From contig NW_024705396.1 of the NCBI RefSeq assembly GCF_018977255.1, positions 1-48,306 of the forward strand: DNA of 48,306 nt, given 5' to 3'. The position numbers and the translations under genes are program-made. This document shows positions 22,601 to 34,827 of this stretch, in pieces (positions within the stretch are counted from its first letter, which is position 1; each line of letters opens with the position of its first letter). The notes under the pieces are model-generated. The model saw only the letters and a program-made list of their open reading frames with translations. It made no database searches and was not told the DNA's origin. This DNA comes from Callorhinchus milii. Its lineage: Eukaryota.

Positions 22601-25600
22601 TCTAAAACAGAATAGATAGACAAGACTTAAGGCAGTGATAGAAACTTGGTAACGGGGTGAATCTCCCATGTCAACTTGCATTCGGGATCGGTAATTAGAG
22701 CACAACGCGCTCTACGCTTTACTGTGAAAATCGTAACCCCCGTGCCTAGCTCGTGATGCGGGGATGCCGTAAACCCAGTACCTCTATCTTAGGTCTCACG
22801 GATGTATGATTCCTGTAGTAAGTACCCTAATCAAGCTTCATAATGTAGTTTCGCGCTGTTTATCATCCCACGGAAACCGCCATTGTCTAAGAGTCCAATC
22901 ATCACAGCAGGCTCTAACCCATACTAATGGCTCGGGAATCGTGTGCACGGCGGTAGAATCTTCTCTTGCCAGATGGGTATTAACACAGTGAACTTCACTT
23001 ATAGGTGCACGGGATTCCACTTCCATCTTTTTGATATATTACCTTGCATGCGCGATTAAACCGGGTAAAGTTAGGCGACGAACCGTATAACTTGACGTAC
23101 GGCGTGCCAGTGTCTGGACGCTTAACCAAATTGTTGAACAATTTACCTGCTCGATAGGCAAACGGGCGGGATTAGGGCACCCAGAGCTCAACCAGCCTTT
23201 AATCGTATGGGATCATTCATTTGCCCGAACCTGGCATCGTACAATGCAGACCATTGGATTTTGTAAGCGGGGGGGAAATTCACTCGGTAAGCGGGTAAGT
23301 TAACCCAGAAGCTGTAGAGGACTACCTTTCCAAGCAATGGTTTTAAAGGAGATTGATCTTGCTTCCACGTTTGAAGATCTCCTCGATCTCATTACCAGCC
23401 GCCTAGTGATAGCGATTCATAATACACATGTAGAGAAACAGGGACCAAGGCGCTCTTCAGAACCATACGTGTGGAAGAGTTGTCTGGAAAAGGATTGCCG
23501 ATGAGTCCGAAGCTCGATGCAAGTCCAAGAGGCATCTCTTGCGTGGTCTAATTACCGCGGACCAGGGTGCCTAATCTTGGGCCTCAGAAACATTTTGCGT
23601 ATTACCTCAAGAACTTCGATAGCCATTTAAGACGGTCGACTGAGTGCTTATTCCAGTTCCGGCCCTTAATGGAGTTCGCGCGGGGACCAGAGGTGACGCG
23701 GGGATCATTAACCGTCGGCGAGTGAGTCGGCTGTTCAACCCCGGCAGTGTTTCTAAGGGGCAGAGCACTATCTTCCCATATTAGAGGACTGCGCTAGCAA
23801 GGAATCGAGTCCAATCAAGTGAACCAGGATACGTGAGGGTCTTCCAGCAAGCTCATAAATTACATATAAAGGGTAGTAAGATCCGAGATCAATTCTTGTG
23901 GCGGCGCGGCGCTCTAGATCTATTTAATAGTGAAACAGAAGGTGATTACAACGCACACCGGTCCACAAGAAGTTCTCATGCCCCCTGGTCGGTAGTGTCT
24001 GCGAGAAGTGTTGTGCTTGCCAGACCCGCCTTTCAGGGGATTCGTGAACGCTTCTTACTAAGGACAGGTACCTTATATGCGACTGAGCGAAGACGAGACA
24101 GCTGGGGCAAATGGGTCAAAAACGTCATCGCGCAGTACTGTAGTGACTGGGACTGCCGCGAATTGTTACGGAGCATTTTAAAGAGGGACCTGCCATCAAT
24201 GGGGGTGTTTAGTTAGGTTAGTGTATTCGACCCAAACCTACCTGTATCCGGGGTATCGTCGTTCTGCTAAGAAGAATGAGGCTAAAGAACGGTTTACGCG
24301 GCTGGCCTTAATCGTAACTAAATTGGCACGCCCTTTGTGGCACTGAAAGCTAAGAAGGAGCCTGGCGCCTAACTTATGCATGCTTCCCCCGCCGTCGCAC
24401 GACCGCACGGCTCATTCGGAGGGCCTTAGCTTGAAACCCCACTGCTTGGCAACACAAGGTCATTGAGAAGTCAACTTTTAGCAATCGGCCATCGCTAATC
24501 CTGAAACTTTGTATAAGGTATTGGCCCTCAAGCAAAGGAGCACCGACATCCGGAGCCCATTTGATGTTGGATCGCGTGTGCAATAGCGACACCCCGGGCG
24601 ATCTCGGTCCGCCGAAGGTCGTGTGGTAGTGGCGGGCAATGACGTCGGGCCAACATACAGGGTATTCAGTCGCGAATCACCGGCTGAAATAGCGCGACTA
24701 TCGCTAACGCAATGGTCGCACGCAACCTCAGGAACGCATACCCAGCAGGTGGCGTATTACCGACAGCGGGGTTTAATTACCAAATCTCAGAATCCGAGGA
24801 CATAGTAAGATCCAAGCTACGGGTTTCCGTGGAAAAATGTGACATCCGGTGTGTACTGGATTCGTTCGGCTACCACCTACGGCGTGTTCTGACGGGCGCA
24901 ATCCGCTCCGTTGGCTTGTGGTCGTTAAAGCAGCATCACGCAGCCTTACTTACGGCCAGTATTCCGTGACTGATCGTTAGCTGCACCCGGAGCATGGATG
25001 AACACTTCCAAAATCCGGAATGCTTGCTGGGGTCGCACCTTCACTCAATTGCCATGGGAGAGTATTTCAGTCTTGATCTACCCGGTCCCATTAAGAGCAC
25101 CACAATGAGCCAAAAGTTAGTCGGGCTACTGCAAGGATGCCAAGATCATGTCCAAGATACGAGTTCAAATCTTTAGAGGATTAAGACGGACCGATGTCCA
25201 GCCGGGTACTCGATGCTATACAGCGCGGATGCCCGATAGTTCAGACGTCCTCCGAAGTGGCAAGCTAGAAGCCGTAAACCCTTAACCACACACATATTCT
25301 CGTGGTTGGAGCCCGTTTGGGAAGCCCGTCAGGGTTGATGGAGACATGAAGTGGGTCAGGATAGGGCTCACTCGATATAACCGCTCATTCATCGCCTACA
25401 TACGAGGCTTCTATAAAGGGACAGCTGTATTTATAGTCAGAGTAGAATCAGGTTAATTCATCGGGCCAGTCTGAAATCTCAGCGAATTTAGGTCGTTGCG
25501 AAAACTGCGCTCTCGAGATTGCTTACCTATCCACTATCTGATCCTACAAGTGCGGGTCCACCTCAATTACGGTCCCCTTACCCACGCACGTGGAGTGTTG

Positions 25601-26070
25601 CGGTGAGCTTCGGGAGCGAGAGGAGAGGCACAAAAAACCTTTGATGGATAGGTCCAGCTTGCCCTTCCATCCCGATATATAATTCGGGCGTATAGGACTA
25701 AGTCCTACTTTATGTAATAGGGCTCAGGAAGGCATAAGGTTACCCAATGAAGTTAACTACAGAGAGTCAACTATAATTAACATTTTCTCGAGAGGTAAGC
25801 TCGCAGCTGGGAAAAGTAAGACGATTCTTGCCGGCGTCGCGTCGGGTCAAACTGGATGGTTTTATAACGAGCTCATGTCACTCGTCCGTAGGAGTACTAA
25901 ATCTCACTAATGATCACCTAAGCTTGTCGTTCCGTAGCACGAGATTAATGTGAGAGAGGAGCCTCACAGTTGGGGCCGCTTGGACCTACACATAGACGGA
26001 TCGCAGTTTCTCTCTGATTGCTGAGTGGCAAGAGCAGTGCAGCGAAAATACATTCTGGCAAGGACCCCGC
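16684..26070. other. Random-like sequence block with no recognisable features
   Basis: About 50% GC with CpG, TpA and CTAG all common. There are no microsatellites, TE fragments or AT-rich tracts, unlike both flanks. The longest ORF is 139 aa with no recognisable motif. Confidence 0.8.
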
Positions 26071-27020
26071 AAGTATCGAAATGTTATGTAAAACGACACA
26101 GAGAGTCGGTCAACACACAATTAACGCATTGCCTGGTCGATTACGTATTTCAAAGATTGCTAAGTTAGAATTTAAGTGTGAAAATTCCAAAGAAAGACAA
26201 AACATAAAAAAGAGGAACGGAGACACACAGACAGAGCAGAATAAGAACGCTAAAACGATGTGACAAGATAATTATATTAAAGAATAATTCCTGCAGTCAC
26301 GAAAGCTCCAAAATTAAGATTGAACCACTTCTACGGGGAAGTTCCAAGTTTACCTTTTTCTCTCTCTCTGGGTTTCTTGTTCTCTCTCTCTGCCTGTATA
26401 TTTAGTGTAATTTTCTCTGTCTACACTCGTTTTGTATCGTTCTTAGGTTCTGCTCTGTCTGTGTGTCTCCGTTCCTCTTTTTTATGTTTTGTCTTTCTTT
26501 GGAATTTTCACACTTAAATTCTAACTTAGCAATCTTTGAAATACGTAATCGACCAGGCAATGCGTTAATTGTGTGTTGACCGACTCTCTGTGTCGTTTTA
26601 CATAACATTTCGATACTTTGCTAGGTTATTTAATTTAGTGTGTTCTGTCTCCCTCTAAGCCTGCTTACCTTACTCCCCTCCCTTCGTACTCATTGACATG
26701 TAAATGTTTTCCCTACCCCCTCCCTCTCTCTGCCTCCGCCCCCTCTGTCTATTTAAGGCCACCCCACAGAGACGATCACCTCTCTCTGTACCTGGGTTGC
26801 TCTCTCTATGTATCTTGGTGATATCTGTCTGCTTATATGTCTGTCTATAGTTTTCTGGTTATATTCTATGTCGCTATTTATTATACCTGATGATGATTGC
26901 TTGTGTTGCAATCGAAACGTCGTATGCTATTATTTAATTTATTATTTTATTTTTATACGTGACTTTACCGAAAAAACCAAAGAATAATTCCTGCAGTCAC
27001 GAAAGCTCCAAAATTAAGAT
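26071..27020 (+). mobile_element. Penelope-like element end, duplicate copy
   Basis: Same inverted arm and pseudo-LTR as 1-1088, but the first hammerhead-bearing segment is replaced by ~40 bp. Confidence 0.65.
26883..26925 (+). ncRNA. Type I minimal hammerhead ribozyme (third copy)
   Basis: Identical to 251-293. Confidence 0.8.
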
Positions 27021-30000
27021 CGTCTTCAAATCGTTTCATTAATGTAATAATCCCCGCAGCACTGGTGTCACGTCTACATTTGACTACCCAGCCTCACCCT
27101 CTCCACTCCAGGCTTAACAGAACTCCCACTGACATCTGACCCCAGTTTGTCTATTGTCTCATTAATTTGTTTAATTGGTCCAACCGACAGCCTCGTGGCT
27201 GCCCGCAGATCACGCCGCACGTCACAGCCACGAGCTGTAGGGGCGGGGCTCCGTCCACTCAGTGGTGCTGTTAACGTTCACATTCAGCAGCACGAGTCGG
27301 GAGTCTCATCTCTGCAGTTCCCCGTTGTGGTGCCACCTCCCTATATCATGTAGCCTCTCAATTTCTTCATTTCACGATGATTGTGTTTCACTGCACAAAA
27401 CGGTACCTACGGCCTTTTTACGATATTTAGTGGGAACGGCCATCTTGGTAAGGGTAATGTAAAGGGCTAGCTGAGCCCGAGAAGCCCCAGTGAAGAGGCA
27501 CAAACAACCATCTTCATAAGGGAAAACAAGGCCCCTGAGATTTGATAGGACCTGCCATCTTGGATAGGGCAGTGCAAGGGGCCGCCACTCTCAGGGAAAT
27601 AGGAGCAGCCATCTTGGTAAGGGACAGTGTGACCGTGACGTAGATTGGCGGGAATCGCCATCTTGTAGAGAGACAGGAGACACGGACAGGCTTGGATAGG
27701 AGCAATCGTGACAATGATTGGTGCCGCTATGAAAGTTACTCTACTTTTTATCACAGTCAGTACAAGTGCAGGGAGAGTTGCCACTCGTCGAATCGCTGTC
27801 GATTCCCGTCACAAATTGATGTTTACCTCAAATATTAGTGTCACCACGTGGCCCGGGGGGGGGGGTCTGTGTAGGCACGCGGGAAGGCCGCGCGCCCTCC
27901 GTGTGTCTGCAGAGACGAGAGACGAGGAACGAGAGACGCGTCGCTCAACAGCGACAGTGTCGCGCCTCGCAGTCGGCTGCTTCTGCCGTTGTCTTCTCTC
28001 CACTGCTGGATGAAGGCATCTTCCACCGCTCTCGCCGCTCACGGTCCATCGCTCCCACCGTGCGTCCGTCTCTTGCTGCTCGTCGTCAACTCGTTCCATG
28101 GCTCCGTCTCCGCAGTGGAAAGGGCCGCAGTTAAAGTGTCACTTTGTGCGTGCAGCAGGTACGTGAAATAAAGGCCGCTGGGTTGATTACATGTGTTGTG
28201 CTTCGAGGTGAGTGCTGGTGGGATGCGGTTAGCGCTTGTACGGGTAGAGTTATTTGGTTAAGGATTTAACACAAATGTAGCATTCTGAGGTAAATTTTAA
28301 CATTACAGATTTAAGTTGCAAATGTCAACATTCATAGTAACAGTTATATAGTTGAGGTTCTTCTCTAAGCTTGTAAGTATGACTAGAATCAAAAGTGGAT
28401 ATGATGGGTGAAAATTCTGTATTAAAATTATTATTGAAATACAGCATTTATAGCTGTTAAGTGTATAAAAGCATGTTAAATATGTGATATGGATATTTAA
28501 ATACTCACAATAACATAGTTCCGTAGCTTACACAATAAAAAAAACTAATTTGCATGTTATAGTTACAAGCAAATATGATAGTGAAATATGCTGTAATGAA
28601 AGTTTTGAGGCAATTCATTAATTATTTGTCTTAAGGCTTAAAGCATAATACTGTAATGGTTTAACAATTTTACAATAATTGTATAATATACCATTACGTT
28701 TAATACATTAAACCAGATCAGAAAGTAACTTGTTAAACGTTTATTTGATTAAAAGTGACTGCTGTATTAATTTATATAATTACTCGCCACCAATCACAGT
28801 GGCGGATATTTGAAGCGGTGCTGGGCGTCTCCTAGGTCGACTCAGCCTTCGAATGTGTGACCCGGTGCGGTGTGTGAATATCAGCACTGGGGAGACACAG
28901 AGGGGGTCGGGGGTAGTTTTGGCCACCCACCCCCTCATGTGCCGTCTTTGTCTTCTTCATAGGTGCTCGGGAACAGCACTTGCCCCAACAGTCTGTTAAG
29001 TTCATGTCGGGTTCTTTGTATTGGCCCGCAAAAACTCCTATGCGGTCTTCAGTAAGGAAAAAGTTCCCTGCCCACTGCTTTCTTCAACGTTGGTATGTAA
29101 AAACAAACTTATTTTAAGAACGACAGGCCCACTGGCCTCATCACACGGATAGAAATTGAAGATCATGAGAACAGAAGAATTGATGAGTTGGAGTACAACA
29201 ACTTCGTGGACAAGCTGGGTTTATTTACAAAATGTTTCTCTACATTCTTCGAGAAAGGACTGATTATCATATCAAATATCATTATGCGTATCGCCTTTGT
29301 AGACTCTGAAAGGGCATTGGCTCAGTTACTATGTATACAGTCTGCGAGTACTGCAATAACTAAATAAATATAATGTCTAGTTTACAGCGCCTGTGTCAGT
29401 CCCCTGCTGGATGAAGGCCTCCCCACGCCATGTTGGCGATGGTTGACCATACTTCCCCCACGCTGTTCAGTGTTGGTGAAGGTGAGCAGGGTGGGGGGGG
29501 AGAAGGAGGAGTGGGCAGGATCGGTTCTGGTATTACTTTCCACTGTTAACCGTGGCCATAAATCAAACTCCGGTTGCTCAGTTCATAACACAGTACGTTA
29601 ACCACTGCACCACCGCTCCCCTCGCCAGTGAAGCCAGCCACACTCGTCACGAGAAGAGACGACGACCAGTGGTCGAGACTAACGACGGAGAGACACCCAA
29701 AGGGTGTGAACGCGCCCGCGGAGAGGAAATCCAGCGCGGAGATGGAGCGATGAGATCAGTTCACGCGCTGGAGATGACATGGATTGTTCGATTCCCGCTC
29801 ACGACCACCAACAGCAGGTGACGATTATCTTAACCGGTTGTGGGCCTCCCCTAGGTCGACTCAGCCTCAAATGAGTTCCCGGTGCGGTGTGCAGTAAACA
29901 CGTGATTGTTGACCACCCGTCCCCTCGTGTGCCCTGCCGGCTTTCATAGGTGCTGCTTACTCGCTCTAACAGCACTTGCCGCAACAGTCTGTTACAGGCT

Positions 30001-31397
30001 ACACGGAGGATCTTTTCCTTGTCACCAGATTTGTGCGTCTTACTTTCCGGCGCGTCTCATGGGTTTCGGGGAATGTGGCTGTAAGCAACCGTCTCTGTGA
30101 TTTCTGTGCCTCTGTAGATTCACAAAACTCAGAGGGAGAGTGCCGCCGCGTGTTGCAGTCGGCTCCTGCCATTGTCTCTCCACTGCTGGATGAAGGCATC
30201 GTCCACCAGTCGCCCTCGCTCACGGTCCATCGCTCCCACCGTTCGTCCATCTCTTGCACGTGAACTCATTCATCGCTTCGTCTCCACAGGGGTCGTCCTT
30301 TACGGTATTGTTTTAGGTTTACATTTTGTGTCTGGGTTGTAATGTACTGGGGCGTGGTGTAAAGTGAGTATTGTATGTGGAGTGTGTCGTGCAGTGTGGT
30401 ATACAGTGTAGTGTTGTGTATAGTGTAGTGTCTGTAGTTTGTGGTTTATCGTGTAGTGTCCGTAAGTGTGGTGTATAGTGTGCAATAACGTGGATAGTAC
30501 AGTCTGTGTCATATCTAGTGTAGTGTGAAGTGTCAAGTATGGTATGAATAGTGTGTTGTACAGTGTATATTGTGTACTGTGTGTGGTTTATGTGGTGTTG
30601 CATATAGCGTGTATAATAAATTCCATGTGATGGAAAGTGTAGCCTATGTGGCGTAATGTATAGTGTAGTGTGGCGACAAATACATTTCCTAGGGGTTGAG
30701 CCATACTTCATCACGCTGGTGAGTGCCTGGTGGTAGCAGGATCGGTTCAGATATTACGAGCCAGTGATGCTCCCCATAGCTGGCAATTAAATTGAGATTG
30801 TTGGCTTCATAGACTCTGTCATGGAGCTCTTGTGGTATTGCAGCCACACACTGTTGGTCATTGTATATTTACGTGCGGAATTAATGCATTCAAATGTAGC
30901 GGCTGTAATCGAGCTATTTAGTCCATGGGCCAGAGCTGTAATTGATACAACGTTAGGTAGCATGTTTAGTCACACCTTCGGATAAATACGCCTAATGAGT
31001 GTGTTACTTGATAACCGACACCTGCGATTAGCACACTAGGCTACATACGGTGCGAAAGAAAGTCAACATGCATACACCACCACTCATTTCAAATGTTTAT
31101 CAAATAATTCACTGTTTTTGCCCTCCATTTGGAATTTGCAACCACTGAAGTGATGACATCTCGTGGATTCAGTGGGTATCTGAACTGCATGGCAAAACAG
31201 CCATCAAAATTCACTACTTTATTAAACACAGAAATAATGCAGTAGTCATTTCATCGGTTCACGTTGCTGTATGGATGTCCCTTGGCTATTAGATCTGAAC
31301 ATGGCCTTACGAACTACATACAGAATCATACCCAAGAATAAGAAATTGATTCAAACTTTTTATTTTTTAAGTACGTATTTTTGTATTCACAAAATTA

Positions 31398-34300
31398 AGT
31401 CTTAAAAAAGTCACTTTATTGTCAAGTGTGTTACATGCATGACATACAACACAGATGAAATTACAGTCCTCTCTCTTGGTCCCACGGTGCAACCAAGCAA
31501 TTAAAAAATTAATCACAATTAACAGACATAAATAAACAATAAACAATCGGCGATCAACACAAGATAAATAATCAAAAATGTAATAGACTTAAAATAAACA
31601 ACAGTCAAGAATTTTTAAAATGTAAAATATTATTTAAATAAAGTATTTAAAGAAATAAGATATTTAAACCAGTGTGATAGTGCGATGTAGTGCAATGTGC
31701 AGTCCAGAGATCAGGATGTACGAGTGAATATGTGTTTGGGGGTTCGGGTCAGGGGGCAAAGGGGGGTGGATGGGCAGAGGGGGGAGTGATGGTAGAGCAG
31801 GGAGGGAGTTGAGTCTCCTGACAGCCTGGTGAAAGAAACTGTCTTTGAGCCTGCTGGTCCTGGCTGGAAGACTCCGCAGTCTCCTCCCTGACGGCAGCAG
31901 GCTGAAGAGGCTGTGAGATGGGTGGGTGGGATCACCTGCAATCTTGATTGCTTTGCTGGTGATGCGGGTGTTATAAATGTCCAGAAGAGGCGGGAGAGAG
32001 ACACCAATGATCCTCTCAGCTGCTCTCACTATGCGCTGCAGAGTCTTGCGGCAGGACACGGTGCAGGTGCCGTACCACACGGTGATGCAGCTCGTCAAGA
32101 TGCTCTCAACAGTGCCTCTGTAGAAGGTGTGCATGATGGGGGGCGGGGCTCCTGCTCTTCTCAGTTTGCGGAGAAAATACAGGCGCTGTTGGGCTTTTTT
32201 GGCCAGTGATGCAGTGTTGTGACTCCACGACAGGTCTTCAGAGATGTGCACACCCAGGAACTTGGTGCATCTCACCCTCTCCACTGCAGCACCGTTGATG
32301 GTTAGCGGAGTATGCTGGGTGTGCACTCTCCTGAAGTCCACGACAATCTCCTTCGTCTTCTCAACATTCAGGTGGAGATTGTTGTCCTTGCACCACATGG
32401 CCAGCCTGCTCACCTCACTCCTGTAGTTTGTCTCATCACCGTTTTTGATGGCACCCACCACAGTTGTGTCATCCGCAAACTTAATGAAGAGGTTGGAGCT
32501 GAATGATGGTGTGCAGTCGTGGGTCAGCAAAGTGAAGAGGAGGGGACTCAGCACACATCCTTGGGGGACCCCTGTGTTCAGTGTGATGGTGCTGGAGGTG
32601 TTGCTGCCAACTCGAACTGCCTGTGGTCTCCCTATCAGGAAGTCCAATAGCCAGTTGCACAGGGAGGTGTTGAGCCCCAGGTGGTCTAGTTTGTGGATGA
32701 GCTGCTGGGGAATGATTGTGTTGAATGCTGAGCTAAAGTCGATGAACAGCATTCTGACGTAGGAGTCTTTAGTCTCCAGATGGGTGAGAGCTGAGTGGAG
32801 GGTAGCGGCGATGGCGTCATCGGTTGAGCGGTTAGACCGATACGCAAACTGGAAAGGGTCCAGGGCGGGGGAAGGACAGACTTGATGTGTTGTAGGACTA
32901 GCCGCTCGAAGCACTTCATAAGGATGGGAGTGAGTGCGACCGGGCGGTAGTCATTGTGGCAGGAGGGAGATGACTTCTTCGGGACCGGGATGATGGTGGT
33001 AGCTTTGAGGCACGTGGGTACAACAGCCTGTCTCAGCGAGGTGTTAAAGATGTCGGTGAAGACATCTGTGAGCTCCTCCGCACAGTCTCTCAGGACACGA
33101 CCCGGAATGTTGTCAGGGCCCTGGGCTTTCCTTGGGTTCGTCCTTCTGAGGGATCTCCTCACGCTATCTGGGGATAGCGTCAGCACCTGATCACCGGGAG
33201 GTGGTGGAGTCTTCTGTGCTGGGGTGCTGTTGTCTGCCTCAAAGCGAGCGAAGAAGTCCTTCAGCTGGTTCAGCAGAGAGATGGAGCTGTCACAGGTCTG
33301 CGGAGAGGGTTTATAGTCCGTGATGGTCTGCATCCCTCGCCACAGGTTCCTGGTGTCTCTGCTGTCATTGAAGCGGTCGGCGATCCTCCTGGAGTACTGC
33401 CTCTTGGCCAATCTGATGCCTCGCGACAGGTTGGCCCTGGCTGTCTTCAGGCCCATCTCCTCGCCAGCTTTGAAGGCGGCGTTCCGAGCCCTCAGGAGCC
33501 TGTGGACTTCCCCTGTCAGCCATGGCTTCTGATTGGCCCGAATGGAGATGGTTCTGGTGACCGTGACATCCTCCATACACTTCCTCATGTAGGAAGTGAC
33601 GGTCTCCGTGTACTCCTGGAGGTCTACGGTGTTGTTGTAGGTGGCTGCCTTTCTGAACATGTTCCAGTCGGTGGTGGAGAAGCAGTCCTGGAGTGCCTCT
33701 GAAGACCCCTCAGGCCACACGCATATCCGCTTTATAACTGGTTTGGTGACTTTAACCAGCGGCCTGTACGCTGACGTTAGCAGAACAGTGGTGTGATCTG
33801 AGGCCCCAAGGTGGGGGAGGGGACGGGCTTTGTAGGCACCTTTGTGTGTAGTGTAGACATTGTCCAGGATATTGTTTCCTCGTGTGGGAAAGTTGATGTG
33901 TCCCTGGAGTTGTGGAAACACGATCTTGGGGTTGGCATGGTTGAAATCCCCAGCCAGAATGAGGAAGGCATCTGGGTGGGCTGTCTGCTGGTCACCGATG
34001 TGCTGATGGAGTTCATACAGTGCCTCGTTCCTGTTGTTTTCGGAGCCAGGGGGGATGTATAGTGCCACCAGCAATATGGCACTAAATTCCCTCGGCAGGT
34101 AGAATGGCCGGCATTTAATTACCATAAACTCCACCGATGATGAGCAGTGTTGGCAGACCACAACAGCGTCGCGGCACCAGGCATCGGTGATGTAAACACA
34201 GAGTCCCCCGCCGCGAGTCTTCCCCCCCTCGACGAGCGCTCTGTCCGCCCGGTAACATGTTAGCCCGGCTAGCTGAATGGCATGGTCCGGGACGCTGTCG

Positions 34301-34812
34301 TTAAGCCATGTCTCCACAAACACAAGGACACAGCACTCACTCACAGTCCTGGAAGTTGTACGAAGAAGGCGGATATCGTCCAGTTTGTTTTCCAGCGAGC
34401 GTACGTTGGCCAGTGTGATGGTAGGGATAGCCGGCCGGTGAGGACTAGCCGCTCGCCTAGCCTCGATACCTCCGCGCTTTCCCCTCTTCTGCTTCCTCAT
34501 ACACCGCCTGTGGCGCTTCCACTGTAGGCTGGTTGCAGTAGTAGGGGTCGGTGGTAGAGCAGGCCTCTGGAGCAGACCGCAGTCGCGTAGCTCTTCCGCG
34601 TCTGCTGGGTTTATATCCATGAGTGTGGTTCTGCCGATGGCGAGCAGAAATTCGCGAGAGTATGTGCGCCTTACGTTTAATCGACGTGATGATGACGAAC
34701 AAATGACGAACAAATGCACGTAGATGGATAACACAAAAAACAAAAAACATAAAAACACCGATCTAATGGGAGAGAGAGGAGCCGCTGCATGTGTACGCGC
34801 CGCCATCCTGCT
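31398..34812 (-). mobile_element. Rex1/Babar-clade non-LTR retrotransposon, essentially full length
   Basis: Single APE-RT ORF; 3' end AATAAA-GTGACTT (signal at 31420-31415); 5' end AGCAGGATGGCGGCG; absent from copy A. Confidence 0.9.
31664..34806 (-). CDS. LINE endonuclease / reverse transcriptase with one frameshift
   Basis: APE motifs LANVRSL, VETWL, GGGLCVY, AGDFN and SDH; RT motifs [39 protein letters not shown] and KFLGVHI. The 706-aa and 416-aa ORFs join if one G is added to the G5 run at 32867-32871. Confidence 0.92.
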
Positions 34813-34827
34813 TCGACACCAGGGTGG

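Noticed and set aside
16684..26070. ORFs of 60-139 aa as a viral or novel gene cluster
   Set aside because: Their lengths and density are what random sequence gives; there are no motifs and no consistent strand or operon layout.
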